Assembly: GCA_963705915.1 (NCBI GenBank)
Contig: OY970126.1
Coordinates: forward strand, 751,893 to 815,892
Direction: 5' to 3'
Origin: an uncultured bacterium
GTDB lineage: Bacteria; Patescibacteriota; Minisyncoccia; UBA6257; 2-01-FULL-56-20
Length of the DNA stretch: 64,000 nt
Of this stretch, positions 10,081-20,320 are shown in pieces. The notes beneath the pieces are model-generated. The model was given only the letters and a program-made list of their open reading frames with translations. It made no database searches and was not told where the DNA came from. The position numbers and the translations under genes are program-made. Each line of letters begins with the position of its first letter. Position 1 is the first letter of the stretch.

Positions 10081-12297
10081 ATGCGCATCCCATGGTATCT
10101 CACACTTATCTTCATTATTTTTAGCATTGTCGCCGGATTGGTGCACCCGAACATCACCTCCGCGGCCGGCGGCATTCTTTTTAATCAGCCAGACGACTCG
10201 GCGATTTCGCAGTGGAGTTGGTATAGCGACAATTGGTATCAGCTTGGGCGCGGTTTTGCGGGAACGATCACGTCGCTCACGCTCGAAGGCATGGTAAATG
10301 ACTCGGTGTATGGGGCCTCATCCATTTCACTCAAAGAATTCAGCGATGAGAACTATAGCCAGCTTGTAAATACCTACACGATTTCTGATGATGCGCCTTT
10401 TACCGCTGATGGGCTCACCAAGGCCACGTTTTCGGATTTAGATATTCCACTCGATCCAAACCATTATTACCGGCTTGACACAACACAGGGGCGGCAGAAC
10501 GTGAGCGTCATCCTTGCTGGTACGCCGGGCATTGGCACGGCGATGGCCGATCAGTTTGTGTACGGCGTCGGCCGCGTGGAAGCTGATTATGCGTTTTATC
10601 CCTACATACTCGTTACGGGAAGTTTCAATGAGCCGCTTGTGATCGTGCCGGGGATCATGGGCTCCGAACTCGACGGCGCATCACAGAGCTCTGCGCCGGG
10701 CAAAGAATATTGGCCGGACGTGACCGACATGGCGAATTCGGGGGACGACTCGTATCTCGACGCGTTGAAGCTCGCGCCGGACGGCACGCAAATTTCCGGC
10801 AACGAGATGACGGCAGGCGACATCATCCGTTCGGCAACGGGTACGTATAATCGTTTGATTATTCCGATCCCGATCGATGATCCTGTCTATGGAAATTTGA
10901 TAAAAACATTTACCGATATCGGTTACGTTGAAGGCCAGACTTTGTTCGTTGCGCCCTATGATTGGCGGCTCGATGTGGCAAGTTCTGCCGTTGCGGTTGG
11001 CGCTGTGATACAAAAAGCGCTTACTGCGTCACCAACAGGGAAGATAAACATCATCGCGCACAGCATGGGTGGCTTGGCCGTGAAGGCCTATCTCGCGGGC
11101 CTCTCGGGCACGAGCACGGGGACCAACACCAGCGCTAGCACAAGCGCTTCGTTTATCGATAAGCTTATTTTCTCGGGCGTACCTCAGCTTGGAGCGCCAT
11201 ACGTTTTTAAAGCTTTGCAATACGGCGACAATCTTGGCTTCACCGTCGGCCCGTTTGACCTGCTGAATCCGGACGAGGTGAAATCCATCACGCAGAACAT
11301 GCCTGGTGTTTATGATCTCTTGCCGTCACGCCGGTTTGTGAGCATCGACGGCGGCTACATTTTGCGCGACGTGACGGACGACGCGGGCAATGTTTCGACC
11401 GCTCCGCTCGATTTTGATGAAACAAACGAATTGCTCACCGAAAATCCGGGCGACGCGCGAAATGCTGGTCTGCTTTCGCGCGCCGACGCATTTCACGGCG
11501 GACTCGATGATGTTTCCCTTGGCCCATCACAAATCTTCAATATCGTGGGCTGCCAGGATCCAACGCCCGAGCAATATATTCTTCACGAAGACGGTTCGAT
11601 CGATATCAACCGCGCAAACGGCGACGGCAGCGTGCCTGTCGATTCGGCTATGAATCTTGCGAATGGCTACCAAAATTATTTTGTTTTAAATTCGGAAAAC
11701 GGCGTTGATCACGAAGGCCTCATCCGCGATGCCCAGCCGCTTGCACTCATGCAGGCTATCATCCAAGGGACCACTTCATCGCTCGCACTCGAACCGCTCG
11801 GTATTTCGACCGCAACGGAGGATTGCGTTGAAGGACGCGGCGCGGTGCGTCCGGCGGCGATCGAGGTGAGCGCTTCGGGATCGAGCACGATCGATGTGTA
11901 TGATGCAAACGGCGACCATGTCGGCGTGAACGGCGCGGGCGATGTCGATCTCCAAATCCCCGGGAGCTCATACGATACGATTGGCGGAAATACGTTTGTG
12001 ACGCTGCCCGCGTCGACGAGTGCATATAAGGTAACCGTGAAAGCAGCCAAGAAAAGTACGGTGAAAGTGAAAACCTACGATACGTCGACAAAAGTGACGA
12101 CGACAACGGCCTACACCGACGTGCCGCTCGATTCGGCATCATCGACGGCCACGCTTCTTCTCGCAGAGAATTCTTCCACCGCGTTCACGGCCAGCCTCAC
12201 GGTCGATGAGAGTGGCGCAGGCGCAACAGGCACTCCGATCGAGCCGGATGGGGCGGAGGTTCCGGAACATGTCGCACCTGCGTGTATGCGGATGTAG
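10081..12297 (+). CDS. Secreted alpha/beta hydrolase (LCAT/PGAP1-like lipase/acyltransferase) with extra beta-rich domains
   Basis: Signal peptide; PLVIVPGIMGS, APYDWR, IAHSMGG nucleophile elbow, GDGSVP, VDH. Confidence 0.8.
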   Translation: MRIPWYLTLIFIIFSIVAGLVHPNITSAAGGILFNQPDDSAISQWSWYSDNWYQLGRGFAGTITSLTLEGMVNDSVYGASSISLKEFSDENYSQLVNTYTISDDAPFTADGLTKATFSDLDIPLDPNHYYRLDTTQGRQNVSVILAGTPGIGTAMADQFVYGVGRVEADYAFYPYILVTGSFNEPLVIVPGIMGSELDGASQSSAPGKEYWPDVTDMANSGDDSYLDALKLAPDGTQISGNEMTAGDIIRSATGTYNRLIIPIPIDDPVYGNLIKTFTDIGYVEGQTLFVAPYDWRLDVASSAVAVGAVIQKALTASPTGKINIIAHSMGGLAVKAYLAGLSGTSTGTNTSASTSASFIDKLIFSGVPQLGAPYVFKALQYGDNLGFTVGPFDLLNPDEVKSITQNMPGVYDLLPSRRFVSIDGGYILRDVTDDAGNVSTAPLDFDETNELLTENPGDARNAGLLSRADAFHGGLDDVSLGPSQIFNIVGCQDPTPEQYILHEDGSIDINRANGDGSVPVDSAMNLANGYQNYFVLNSENGVDHEGLIRDAQPLALMQAIIQGTTSSLALEPLGISTATEDCVEGRGAVRPAAIEVSASGSSTIDVYDANGDHVGVNGAGDVDLQIPGSSYDTIGGNTFVTLPASTSAYKVTVKAAKKSTVKVKTYDTSTKVTTTTAYTDVPLDSASSTATLLLAENSSTAFTASLTVDESGAGATGTPIEPDGAEVPEHVAPACMRM

Positions 12298-12318
12298 ACG
12301 CCGTGCTAAAATATCACC

Positions 12319-12432
12319 ATGACAAAAAAGAGCGTTTGGGCTTTTTGGATAGTACTCATCATCATTGTGCTCGCCGTCATCATCTATTACGTCGCCCCGT
12401 CGTTCTTCCGTTTCGGTGGCCTCGCTTTATAG
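12319..12432 (+). CDS. 37-aa single-pass membrane peptide (MTKKSVWAFWIVLIIIVLAVIIYYVAPSFFRFGGLAL)
   Basis: Translated manually; basic N-terminus plus hydrophobic helix; TGnTAAAAT 6 nt before ATG. Confidence 0.55.
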   Translation: MTKKSVWAFWIVLIIIVLAVIIYYVAPSFFRFGGLAL

Positions 12433-12482
12433 ATCGGGCTGTTGTGCCGCGCGGAGACCTCGCCCGATCATGGCTCCCAAGC

Positions 12483-13817
12483 TTAGTCCGGACTCACAAA
12501 AATCGATTTGAGGGTTTTTAAAATGATTGCCCAATCGAGAATGACCGAACGATTTTTGAGATAGTAAACATCGTATTCAAGTTTTTCCATCACGTCTTCG
12601 ATGGTCGTGTCTTTGTGCCAGTGGATTTGCGCCCAGCCGGTCACGCCTGGTTTGATGAGTAAGCGTACTTCATAATAGGGTATTTGTGTCTTGAGCTTCT
12701 CTACGAACTCGGGCCGTTCGGGTCGCGGGCCGACGAATGACAAGTCACCCTTCATGATGTTCCAAAGCTGCGGCAATTCGTCGAGGTGGCTCGCGCGGAG
12801 GAAGTGCCCGATGATTGTCGTCCGCGGGTCGCCGCGGACTGCGCTCCAAACGGCACCATCTTTTTCAGCATCCATGCGCATCGTGCGAAATTTGTAGAGG
12901 GTAAAGTTCTGCTCTTTTTCGCCGACGCGCACTTGTTTATAGATCACAGGCCCGCGCGACGTTAGTTTTATGAGCATGGCGATGATGAGCTCAACCGGCA
13001 AAAGGACGAGACCGATCGCGAGCGCAGCCAAAAACTCCGACGCGCGCTTGAGCTGATCGTAGAAACGGACTTCGGCGGCGATATTTTCGATGAACCATGC
13101 CTCTTCAAGCGATCGCAGGGGAATTTTTCTCAAAATAGCTTCATTGAATGAGACGAGGTCGGTCACCAAAAGTCCTTTGCCAAAAAGTTCGTAGAGCGCT
13201 CGCACCAGGCGGGCGTCTCGTTTTAATTGATGGGGGACGACGAGCAGGTTGATGTCGTTTTCTTCGGCTGCCCTTCGCAACGCGTCCGGTGAGGCGTACG
13301 CCTGTTCCTCGGTAAGCTCGACTTTGAGGTCGTAGCCGAGTTGCGGATTGTCTCTCAAGGTCTTTTTTAATAGTTCCGCCACGGGGCCGTTGCCGACCAT
13401 GAGGACTTTATTCGGCGCTTCGCCGAACGACATGAATCGATTCGCGCCGCGGCGCCAGAAAATTTCGACGATGGCGAAGATGACGATGAAAATGAGGAGG
13501 TTGGTTTTTGGTGCGATGCCGAATGCCGGAATGAGGTAGAAGAGCAATACGGCAATCACTCCGCTCACGACGAGGGTGAGGAATAATGTTTTGATGAAGT
13601 CGAGATTGTTCCGGAGGCGACGCAAGTCGTAGAGGCCGGCGACGTAGAATAGCAGGAGCCACACGATGAAGATGATCGTGAAGGGCAGCGCGTGGACGTC
13701 CTCAAATTGCTCATAAAAATCGCCGCCGTAGCGGATGAGGAGGGTTAGAAAAAGCGACGCATACAGTGCGACCGCGTCTCCGAGCAAAAAGAGGAATATC
13801 TTGAATCGATTGCCCAT
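12483..13817 (-). CDS. Polyprenyl glycosylphosphotransferase (priming sugar transferase, WbaP/WcaJ family)
   Basis: N-terminal TMs; YKFRTM, LDELPQLWN, SFVGPRPERP, KPGVTGWAQ. Confidence 0.93.
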   Translation of the reverse strand: MGNRFKIFLFLLGDAVALYASLFLTLLIRYGGDFYEQFEDVHALPFTIIFIVWLLLFYVAGLYDLRRLRNNLDFIKTLFLTLVVSGVIAVLLFYLIPAFGIAPKTNLLIFIVIFAIVEIFWRRGANRFMSFGEAPNKVLMVGNGPVAELLKKTLRDNPQLGYDLKVELTEEQAYASPDALRRAAEENDINLLVVPHQLKRDARLVRALYELFGKGLLVTDLVSFNEAILRKIPLRSLEEAWFIENIAAEVRFYDQLKRASEFLAALAIGLVLLPVELIIAMLIKLTSRGPVIYKQVRVGEKEQNFTLYKFRTMRMDAEKDGAVWSAVRGDPRTTIIGHFLRASHLDELPQLWNIMKGDLSFVGPRPERPEFVEKLKTQIPYYEVRLLIKPGVTGWAQIHWHKDTTIEDVMEKLEYDVYYLKNRSVILDWAIILKTLKSIFVSPD

Positions 13818-13832
13818 GGGGGATATACGAGC

Positions 13833-14795
13833 TTACCGCGTTTTGAGGGTTTTCTCAATTCCTTCTGCGAGCGAATAGCGAGGCTTCCAGCCGAGGATTT
13901 TTGACGCGCGGGCATAGCTCATCGAAATGCGTTTCACTTCCCCCGCGCGCACCGGTGTGTACTTTGCTTTGTGAGGGAAGTGGAGTCCCTGTGCGATCGC
14001 CGAATAAATTTGGTCGTCAGACGTCTCGCGGGCTGAGGCGATATTGATGATGGTATTCGTTCCACGGGTGAGACCGAGCACGCTTGCATGGGCAACGTCT
14101 TCAACGTAGACATAGTCGCGCGTCTTCTTTCCATTGCCAAAAATGGTTGGCGTCTTCCCGCGGCGCATGAGGCCTACGAAAATCGGAAAGATGCCGGCAC
14201 CGCCCTGTTCGCGTTGCCGCGGCCCATACACGTTTGCATAACGAAAGATGACATACTCGATGCCGTACGCACCGCAATAATATTCGATCATTTGCTCATC
14301 GACGCGCTTTGAAAGTGCATACGGTGAAAGGGGATTTGGTGGTGTTGATTCTGTGGCAGGTAATTTTTTTGGGTTGCCATAGATTGCGCCGCCAGTCGAC
14401 GAGAAAAGCATTTTCTTTTTTTGCCTGCCCTGCCCGCCACGTCCGCCGCGCGCACTGCGTCCCGCACGGGAGCCGCTCTTTGAAAAGGCGACGATCAAAT
14501 TAAGTGTGCCTGTCACGTTGATCGCAAAGGTCTCTTGGGGTTGCTTCACCGATTCCGTGACGCTGATGAACGCGGCGTGATGGTTTAAGACATCCGGTTT
14601 TTCGGCGGCAAAGATCTTGTCCATCGCGCGGGCGTCCCGGATGTCGGCTTTATAAAATTTTGCGCCAGCGGGAATGTTCGTCCGGCGTCCGGAAGAAAGG
14701 TTGTCGATCACGACCACGCGGTGTCCTTTGCGAACATAGGCTTCCGCCACATGACTTCCGATGAACCCCGCGCCTCCCGTTACGATGATTTTCAT
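13833..14795 (-). CDS. NAD-dependent epimerase (UDP-glucose 4-epimerase-like)
   Basis: MKIIVTGGAGFIGSH, SSTGGAIYG, YALSK, RYANVYGPRQ; start at MKIIV. Confidence 0.9.
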   Translation of the reverse strand: MKIIVTGGAGFIGSHVAEAYVRKGHRVVVIDNLSSGRRTNIPAGAKFYKADIRDARAMDKIFAAEKPDVLNHHAAFISVTESVKQPQETFAINVTGTLNLIVAFSKSGSRAGRSARGGRGGQGRQKKKMLFSSTGGAIYGNPKKLPATESTPPNPLSPYALSKRVDEQMIEYYCGAYGIEYVIFRYANVYGPRQREQGGAGIFPIFVGLMRRGKTPTIFGNGKKTRDYVYVEDVAHASVLGLTRGTNTIINIASARETSDDQIYSAIAQGLHFPHKAKYTPVRAGEVKRISMSYARASKILGWKPRYSLAEGIEKTLKTR

Positions 14796-14802
14796 TTCTT
14801 TA

Positions 14803-15681
14803 TTATAGATGCTTTGCGACGAAATAGATGTAGATGAAATAGATGATGCCCGCGAGGATAGCAACCGTGAAAAGTGCGATGCAAACGCCGATGAGCCACT
14901 CGCGGCCTTCATTCGCCGGCGTGTAAGCGAGTGTGCCGTTCTCCTGCGGTCTCAAGTCGGTATAGGTTTTACTCAAAGGACGTTTCAAAAATGTTATCCA
15001 AAAATAATTGAGGCCGTAGCGGAGTCCGATCGTGAGCGCGCCTTCTTTTGCAAGGCGGCGTCCGGAGGAGAGGATCGGCAGTTTGAAGGTAAATTTCACA
15101 TTGCCTACTTTACTCATACGTCGCGCGATATCCGTGTCTTCCCCGTAGAAAACGATATTCGTATCGTAGCCGCCAATTTTTTCGAGCGCGGTCCGGCGAA
15201 CGATGAAATTCCCGCCTTGCACGACGGAGCCCATGCGAAACACAAAACGCATCATGAGATAGATGATGTAAGAAATGTAATAAAAGAAACGGACAAAGAA
15301 TCGCGCTGTTTTCGGAAGGTCGTAATAAATGAAAGGTCCGGACAGCGTGACAAGCTTCGGATCTTTTGCAAACTCTTTGAAAACCGTGTCGACCCATCCT
15401 GGCGTCAGTTGGTTGTCGGCGTCGACGTTTGCAATCAGTTCCCCATGCGACGCAAGAAATCCCGCGCGCCGCGCCCACACGATGCCTTTGCGGGGCTCGT
15501 CGACGACCGTCACGCCGGGATAGCGTAAGGCAACTTCGCGCGTGTTGTCGGTCGACGCGTTGTTTGCGACGATGATTTCGATATCCTGCTCGTGGCCTTT
15601 CGATTCACGGATGATCGCTTCGAGGCATTTCCCGATGATTGCAGATTCGTTATGCGCCGGGATGACGAAGCTCAGTTTCAT
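14803..15681 (-). CDS. Glycosyltransferase family 2 with C-terminal TM
   Basis: MKLSFVIPAHNE, NNASTD, NVDAD, YGEDTD. Confidence 0.88.
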   Translation of the reverse strand: MKLSFVIPAHNESAIIGKCLEAIIRESKGHEQDIEIIVANNASTDNTREVALRYPGVTVVDEPRKGIVWARRAGFLASHGELIANVDADNQLTPGWVDTVFKEFAKDPKLVTLSGPFIYYDLPKTARFFVRFFYYISYIIYLMMRFVFRMGSVVQGGNFIVRRTALEKIGGYDTNIVFYGEDTDIARRMSKVGNVKFTFKLPILSSGRRLAKEGALTIGLRYGLNYFWITFLKRPLSKTYTDLRPQENGTLAYTPANEGREWLIGVCIALFTVAILAGIIYFIYIYFVAKHL

Positions 15682-16403
15682 GATTTTGGCGGCCACTCTT
15701 TGTTATACGAACGATTGAGAAATTTCATATAAAAATAATTTACAAACCAGAGCCACAGGAGTTTTTCCCAGCCGAGCTGTTTTGAGCGCCGGTTGATCGT
15801 GTAGACCTTGAGCCCCCAATCAACGTATGTGCGGCCGATTTTGGACAGCCGCGCAAAGAGATCGTTATCTTCGGCCACGGGGAGATATTCCTTGAACCCG
15901 TGAAGCTCTTCAAATGCTTTTCGCTTCATGATTTGGAATTCGCCCGATGCGGCGCCGTTGTGCCACCAATTGTTATCCATGAGTCGGAAGAAATTGATGA
16001 CGGTGAGGATCATGCGATCCCAGATAGACGCCTCTTCTGGAAGGATTTCGATCTTTACCGTTGCGCCGACGAGACCCGGGATTGCGGCGAAGTCCGCGAA
16101 CAATTTCTTGAAGAAATTGTTCGGGTCCGGGACGAAGATGTCGGAATCGACGAAGGCAAGATATTCGCCGGTCGCCGACTTGGCACCGAAGTTTCGGTTA
16201 GCGGCTATCGTGCTTTTCCCTTCGGTGATATGCCGCACCACCTTCGCATATTTTGCGGCGATCTCGCGCGTTTTGTCGGTGGACGCGTCGTCCGTCACGA
16301 TAATCTCGTGCTCAACTTCGGTGAGGTTGTCGTGGATTTGTTTGAGCACCCATCCGATCGACTTCTCTTCATTCCGCGCAGGAATGACGATAGAAAGCTT
16401 CAT
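15678..16403 (-). CDS. Glycosyltransferase family 2
   Basis: MKLSIVIPARNE, DDASTD, FVDSD, AEDNDL. Confidence 0.88.
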   Translation of the reverse strand: MKLSIVIPARNEEKSIGWVLKQIHDNLTEVEHEIIVTDDASTDKTREIAAKYAKVVRHITEGKSTIAANRNFGAKSATGEYLAFVDSDIFVPDPNNFFKKLFADFAAIPGLVGATVKIEILPEEASIWDRMILTVINFFRLMDNNWWHNGAASGEFQIMKRKAFEELHGFKEYLPVAEDNDLFARLSKIGRTYVDWGLKVYTINRRSKQLGWEKLLWLWFVNYFYMKFLNRSYNKEWPPKS

Positions 16404-16447
16404 ATGGCTTCTAGTATAACCGAAATCGAGCTGAATTTCCCGCCTGA

Positions 16448-17059
16448 TTACTGAGCTTTATTCGGGGTCTCCAGGCTCCCAAACCGCCTCTTCATATATC
16501 GGCTAAAGCCATAGCCGACGGCAAAGACGATGACGATCGCGGCGCCAAGGAACATCCAACGGAATCCCTTGTCGATGGACGTGTACACATTGCCGAGAAA
16601 ATAGCCGACGCCCATGAGGAATCCCGTCCAGATGAACTGGCCGAGAATATTGATCGTCATATATTTTTTGAAATTGATTTTGAGCGCGCCGGCAGCGACG
16701 AGTGTCGCGAGCGCAAACCCGAAGCCCATCGTGATCTTCGAAATAAATAAAATTTTTTGCTGGTGCGTTTTGAAAAACTCTTCTGCGCGTTCAACATTCT
16801 CTTCGGTGAGGTTCACGAAGCGTCCGTATTTTTGGATGAGCGGTTGAGCGCCATGTTCGCCGATTTTATACCAAATAACATCACCGGTGAGGTCGCCGGC
16901 GCTTGTGAGGAGGTAAATGGGCCAAAAATAAAAGAAACCGAGATGCACGAGGAATCCCGAAACCATCATAAGCACCGGACCCTCAACAATCGCGAGTGGA
17001 TAGGCGATGGCGTAGCGATAGGCGAGGAGCCACGAGATTATCAAATCCGCCTGCGGCAT
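16448..17059 (-). CDS. DedA/VTT family membrane protein
   Basis: EGP motif, GDLTGDVIWYKIG, hydrophobic pattern. Confidence 0.85.
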   Translation of the reverse strand: MPQADLIISWLLAYRYAIAYPLAIVEGPVLMMVSGFLVHLGFFYFWPIYLLTSAGDLTGDVIWYKIGEHGAQPLIQKYGRFVNLTEENVERAEEFFKTHQQKILFISKITMGFGFALATLVAAGALKINFKKYMTINILGQFIWTGFLMGVGYFLGNVYTSIDKGFRWMFLGAAIVIVFAVGYGFSRYMKRRFGSLETPNKAQ

Positions 17060-17095
17060 AATTGCTAATTATACGCTATATGGGAAAATTGAGGT

Positions 17096-18448
17096 ATGAA
17101 TTTCGAAAAGCCGTCCCAAAGTAGAGAGACCCAAGAATCGCAGGAAAACCGCGAAACGAGAGAGTCGCTCGGTATTGATTTCTTTGTGTCGGACCATAAC
17201 ACCAATCATCAGGGGATTTCTATAGAACAGGAACGGGAGTTGTATGCCGACATGAAGAAGCACGGCATTTCGACGGTGCGCTTTGATCTCGGCTGGAAAG
17301 AACTTCTACCTGAGGCCGGAAAACGCGATGAAAATTTTTTCGAGCGATACGCGAACATCCTGAAGACGATTGAAGAGATTGGCATGAAACCCCCAACTGT
17401 TGTGGTTTCGAATCCACCGGGTTGGGCTGAGGGATTATATAAAAACGATAAAGAAAAATATTTTCAGGCTTACGAAGAATATCTTGACTTGGTATCGCAG
17501 CTCATCAAGGTATCAGGAACAAAAATATATTCGGCTCAATTATTTAACGAAATCAATAATGCGACCCTTTTTAAGTTTATCGACGTCGAGGATCTACCCC
17601 GATGCGCGCAGATTGCCCGAAAAGTATTGAGTGCTGTCCAGCCTGATATAAAAATCGCGACGAGCATCATCGCTGGCAATATCAGCGATAACTGGCCAGC
17701 GCATGCGCCGTTCATAAAGAGAAAAGAAGACCGTCCGCCTGTCGAGGAGTATCTCGATAAGAACGGGCCGATGCTCAAAGAAAATTTCGACCTGGTGCAG
17801 GTCGATTATTATCCGGGTGTTTGGCATCTACCCGTTGGAGCCGAGGAAAGTACGGCGGGAAATCTTCTCGGACGTGAGGAAGCGAACGGAAATCCTTCCG
17901 ATCCTTTCACCCCGCGGAAATTGAATGCCACGTTAAATAATTTTGCATTATTCAAAAATGTGGCTGAAAAATTGTCAGCACTTAGCATTCCTTACGAAAT
18001 AGGCGAAAGCGGGTTCCCGACGAACGCGCCTTATAGCACCGAAGATCGCCAGCGATTTGCCTATGACATATACTTCCGGGCCCTGCGTCAGACACTCATC
18101 GATTTTAAGCATCGCGGAATCGCTTTGCCTGAACGCGTTGGTATTTTCAGTACGCAAGACGCTGAAAACCCAGGCTACGGAGGCATTATCGACAAAATAT
18201 TAAAAATTCCGGGTGCCCAGAAAGTTGCGCGTCTTGTTCCGAATCCCGAAAACGATTGGGGCCTACGGAAAAAGTTTGAAGTAGGAGAGACGTTAGGAGT
18301 CGCGAAAAGCATTTTGCAGGCAAAGAGAAAGCGATTGCCCGTCAAAGCCGAACGCGCAGGCAAGCGAACGTTGGATCGCAAAAATCAACAAGAGACCTCG
18401 CAGCTCAAAAAGATTATCGAGTACGTAAACCGGCCGATTGAAGACTGA
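17096..18448 (+). CDS. Clan GH-A-like glycoside hydrolase (TIM barrel)
   Basis: VRFDLGW, FNE (acid/base), VDYYP, IGESGFP (nucleophile). Confidence 0.6.
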   Translation: MNFEKPSQSRETQESQENRETRESLGIDFFVSDHNTNHQGISIEQERELYADMKKHGISTVRFDLGWKELLPEAGKRDENFFERYANILKTIEEIGMKPPTVVVSNPPGWAEGLYKNDKEKYFQAYEEYLDLVSQLIKVSGTKIYSAQLFNEINNATLFKFIDVEDLPRCAQIARKVLSAVQPDIKIATSIIAGNISDNWPAHAPFIKRKEDRPPVEEYLDKNGPMLKENFDLVQVDYYPGVWHLPVGAEESTAGNLLGREEANGNPSDPFTPRKLNATLNNFALFKNVAEKLSALSIPYEIGESGFPTNAPYSTEDRQRFAYDIYFRALRQTLIDFKHRGIALPERVGIFSTQDAENPGYGGIIDKILKIPGAQKVARLVPNPENDWGLRKKFEVGETLGVAKSILQAKRKRLPVKAERAGKRTLDRKNQQETSQLKKIIEYVNRPIED

Positions 18449-18466
18449 GCTTGCTATACTATCCCT

Positions 18467-19141
18467 ATGCAGAGTCCATTCAGAAAGCATAAAGGTGGTT
18501 TCTGGACGCCGGCGCGAAAGCGCTCAATGTATTTGGGGATCGTGCTGCTTGTGCTTGCCGTTGTCGTGCAGCTCACGCTTGGTCCGTATTCGTCGCGGGA
18601 GGCGATGGGTGCAGCGCCAGCGAGCGATATTTTTCTCGACAATCTTCCGGTTGTGAACCTAACCTTCGTTATCGTGCTTTGGGCGATCGCCGTATGGGTG
18701 CTTGCGTGGTGGCTGCTTGTGACGAACCCCAAGCGGCTCATATTCGGAACGAAAGCGATTGCGCTCTATATAATCTGTCGTGCATTTTTTGTGAGTCTCA
18801 CCCACATCGGGCCGTATCCGATGCAATATTCACCGGGTCCGGACAATGTCGGCTTTAAGCTCTATCAATTATTCACGTTCCAGGGAAATTATTTTTTCTC
18901 CGGGCACACCGGCTTTCCATTCCTCATCGCCCTCCTGTTTTGGGATGAAAAACTTTGGCGTCGTTTCTTCTTGTTTCTCACTGCCTTCTTTGGGTTAGCC
19001 GTACTCCTCGCCCACGTGCACTATTCGATTGATGTTTTTGCCGCGCCCTTCATTGTGTATGGCACATTCGTTATAACGGCAAGGATTTTCCGGGAAGATT
19101 ATGCGTTATTGCCGGGCGAAAGGCCCGGCCTTCCTGCGTGA
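18467..19141 (+). CDS. PAP2-related / sphingomyelin-synthase-like membrane protein
   Basis: FFSGHT and HYSIDV motifs, about 6 TMs. Confidence 0.8.
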   Translation: MQSPFRKHKGGFWTPARKRSMYLGIVLLVLAVVVQLTLGPYSSREAMGAAPASDIFLDNLPVVNLTFVIVLWAIAVWVLAWWLLVTNPKRLIFGTKAIALYIICRAFFVSLTHIGPYPMQYSPGPDNVGFKLYQLFTFQGNYFFSGHTGFPFLIALLFWDEKLWRRFFLFLTAFFGLAVLLAHVHYSIDVFAAPFIVYGTFVITARIFREDYALLPGERPGLPA

Positions 19142-19181
19142 GTGCTTGCCGCAGATCGTCTCGCGCGATATCATTATCCTC

Positions 19182-19949
19182 ATGGAGCACGACGAACATA
19201 CCGAAGAACGGGCAGCCGAGACGAATGCGGAGCCAAAAAAAGATCGATTTTTACCCATCAGCATTTTGATTGCCGCAGTGGTCATTGGCGGCTCGGTTCT
19301 CTTTGCAAGCCTCTACCACCCTGCCGCACAATCAACTGCCGGAACGGGCGGGGATAGCGGTGCGACTTCCACGGCGACGCTCACGCCGGCGCAGATTATG
19401 ACGCTCGGTCCGCGCGATGCAATTCTCGGCAGCCCGAATGCGCCGGTGACCATGATCGAATACGGCGACTACCAGTGTCCGTTCTGCGGCATGTTCTTCT
19501 CGCAAACCGAACCGGAGATTGTCCAAAACTACGTGAACACCGGCAAGGTGAAAATGGTATTCCGCAACTTCCCGTTCCTCGGTCCGGAATCGACGGCAGC
19601 GGCGGAAGCTGCGGAATGTGCCGAAGATCAGAACAAACTTTGGGTTTATCACGACGCTCTCTATCAAGCAAAGGTGAATGACGTCGCCAGGGGTGGGAGC
19701 GAGGACGATGGCTACTTCACGAACGCGCTATTCCTCTCGCTTGCCCAAAAATTGGATTTGGATATGCCGACATTCACCAACTGCGTGGATAACAATCTTG
19801 ACTCAAGCACCGTGGCGACCGACGTCACAAATGCGAGCGCCGCCGGCGTGAATTCAACGCCAACATTCTTCATCAACGGAACCGAAGTTTCCGGTGCAGA
19901 GCCATACGCAACGTTCTCGCAGGTGATCGACGCAGCGCTCAAGAGCTGA
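19182..19949 (+). CDS. DsbA-family thiol-disulfide oxidoreductase
   Basis: TM anchor; EYGDYQCPFC, GVNSTPTFFING. Confidence 0.9.
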   Translation: MEHDEHTEERAAETNAEPKKDRFLPISILIAAVVIGGSVLFASLYHPAAQSTAGTGGDSGATSTATLTPAQIMTLGPRDAILGSPNAPVTMIEYGDYQCPFCGMFFSQTEPEIVQNYVNTGKVKMVFRNFPFLGPESTAAAEAAECAEDQNKLWVYHDALYQAKVNDVARGGSEDDGYFTNALFLSLAQKLDLDMPTFTNCVDNNLDSSTVATDVTNASAAGVNSTPTFFINGTEVSGAEPYATFSQVIDAALKS

Positions 19950-19977
19950 CCGAGGTTCCCGCCGTATTTACGTGGGC

Positions 19978-20005
19978 TTGACATATAAGCATATACGCAT
20001 ATAAT
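19978..20005 (+). promoter_or_regulatory. Sigma70 promoter of arsR operon
   Basis: TTGACA-N16-TATAAT, 6 nt before ATG 20012. Confidence 0.75.
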
Positions 20006-20011
20006 GATGAT

Positions 20012-20314
20012 ATGCGTGATAATTGCAAAGAAATTGAACGGTTCGGCAAGGGCATTGGCAACGCTTCGCGGTATCGCATCGTCCAAGCCTTGCTCAAAGG
20101 GGAAAAGACGGTCGGCGAGCTCGTAAAGATCGCCAAACTCAGCCAGCCGGCGGTTTCCCAGCATTTGAAAACCCTCAAGGCGTGTAACTTAGTGGTTGAC
20201 GAACGGCGGGGTCAAGAAGTTTTTTATTCTGTAAACGGAGAATACTTACTTGAACTGCTCGCACGCCTGTCGAGCGATGCGAGGCCGGCAAAGGTAGCCG
20301 GTAAAAATAAATAA
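20012..20314 (+). CDS. ArsR/SmtB family transcriptional regulator
   Basis: R.RIV..L, SQPAVSQHLKTLK, RRGQEVFYS. Confidence 0.9.
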   Translation: MRDNCKEIERFGKGIGNASRYRIVQALLKGEKTVGELVKIAKLSQPAVSQHLKTLKACNLVVDERRGQEVFYSVNGEYLLELLARLSSDARPAKVAGKNK

Positions 20315-20320
20315 CATACC

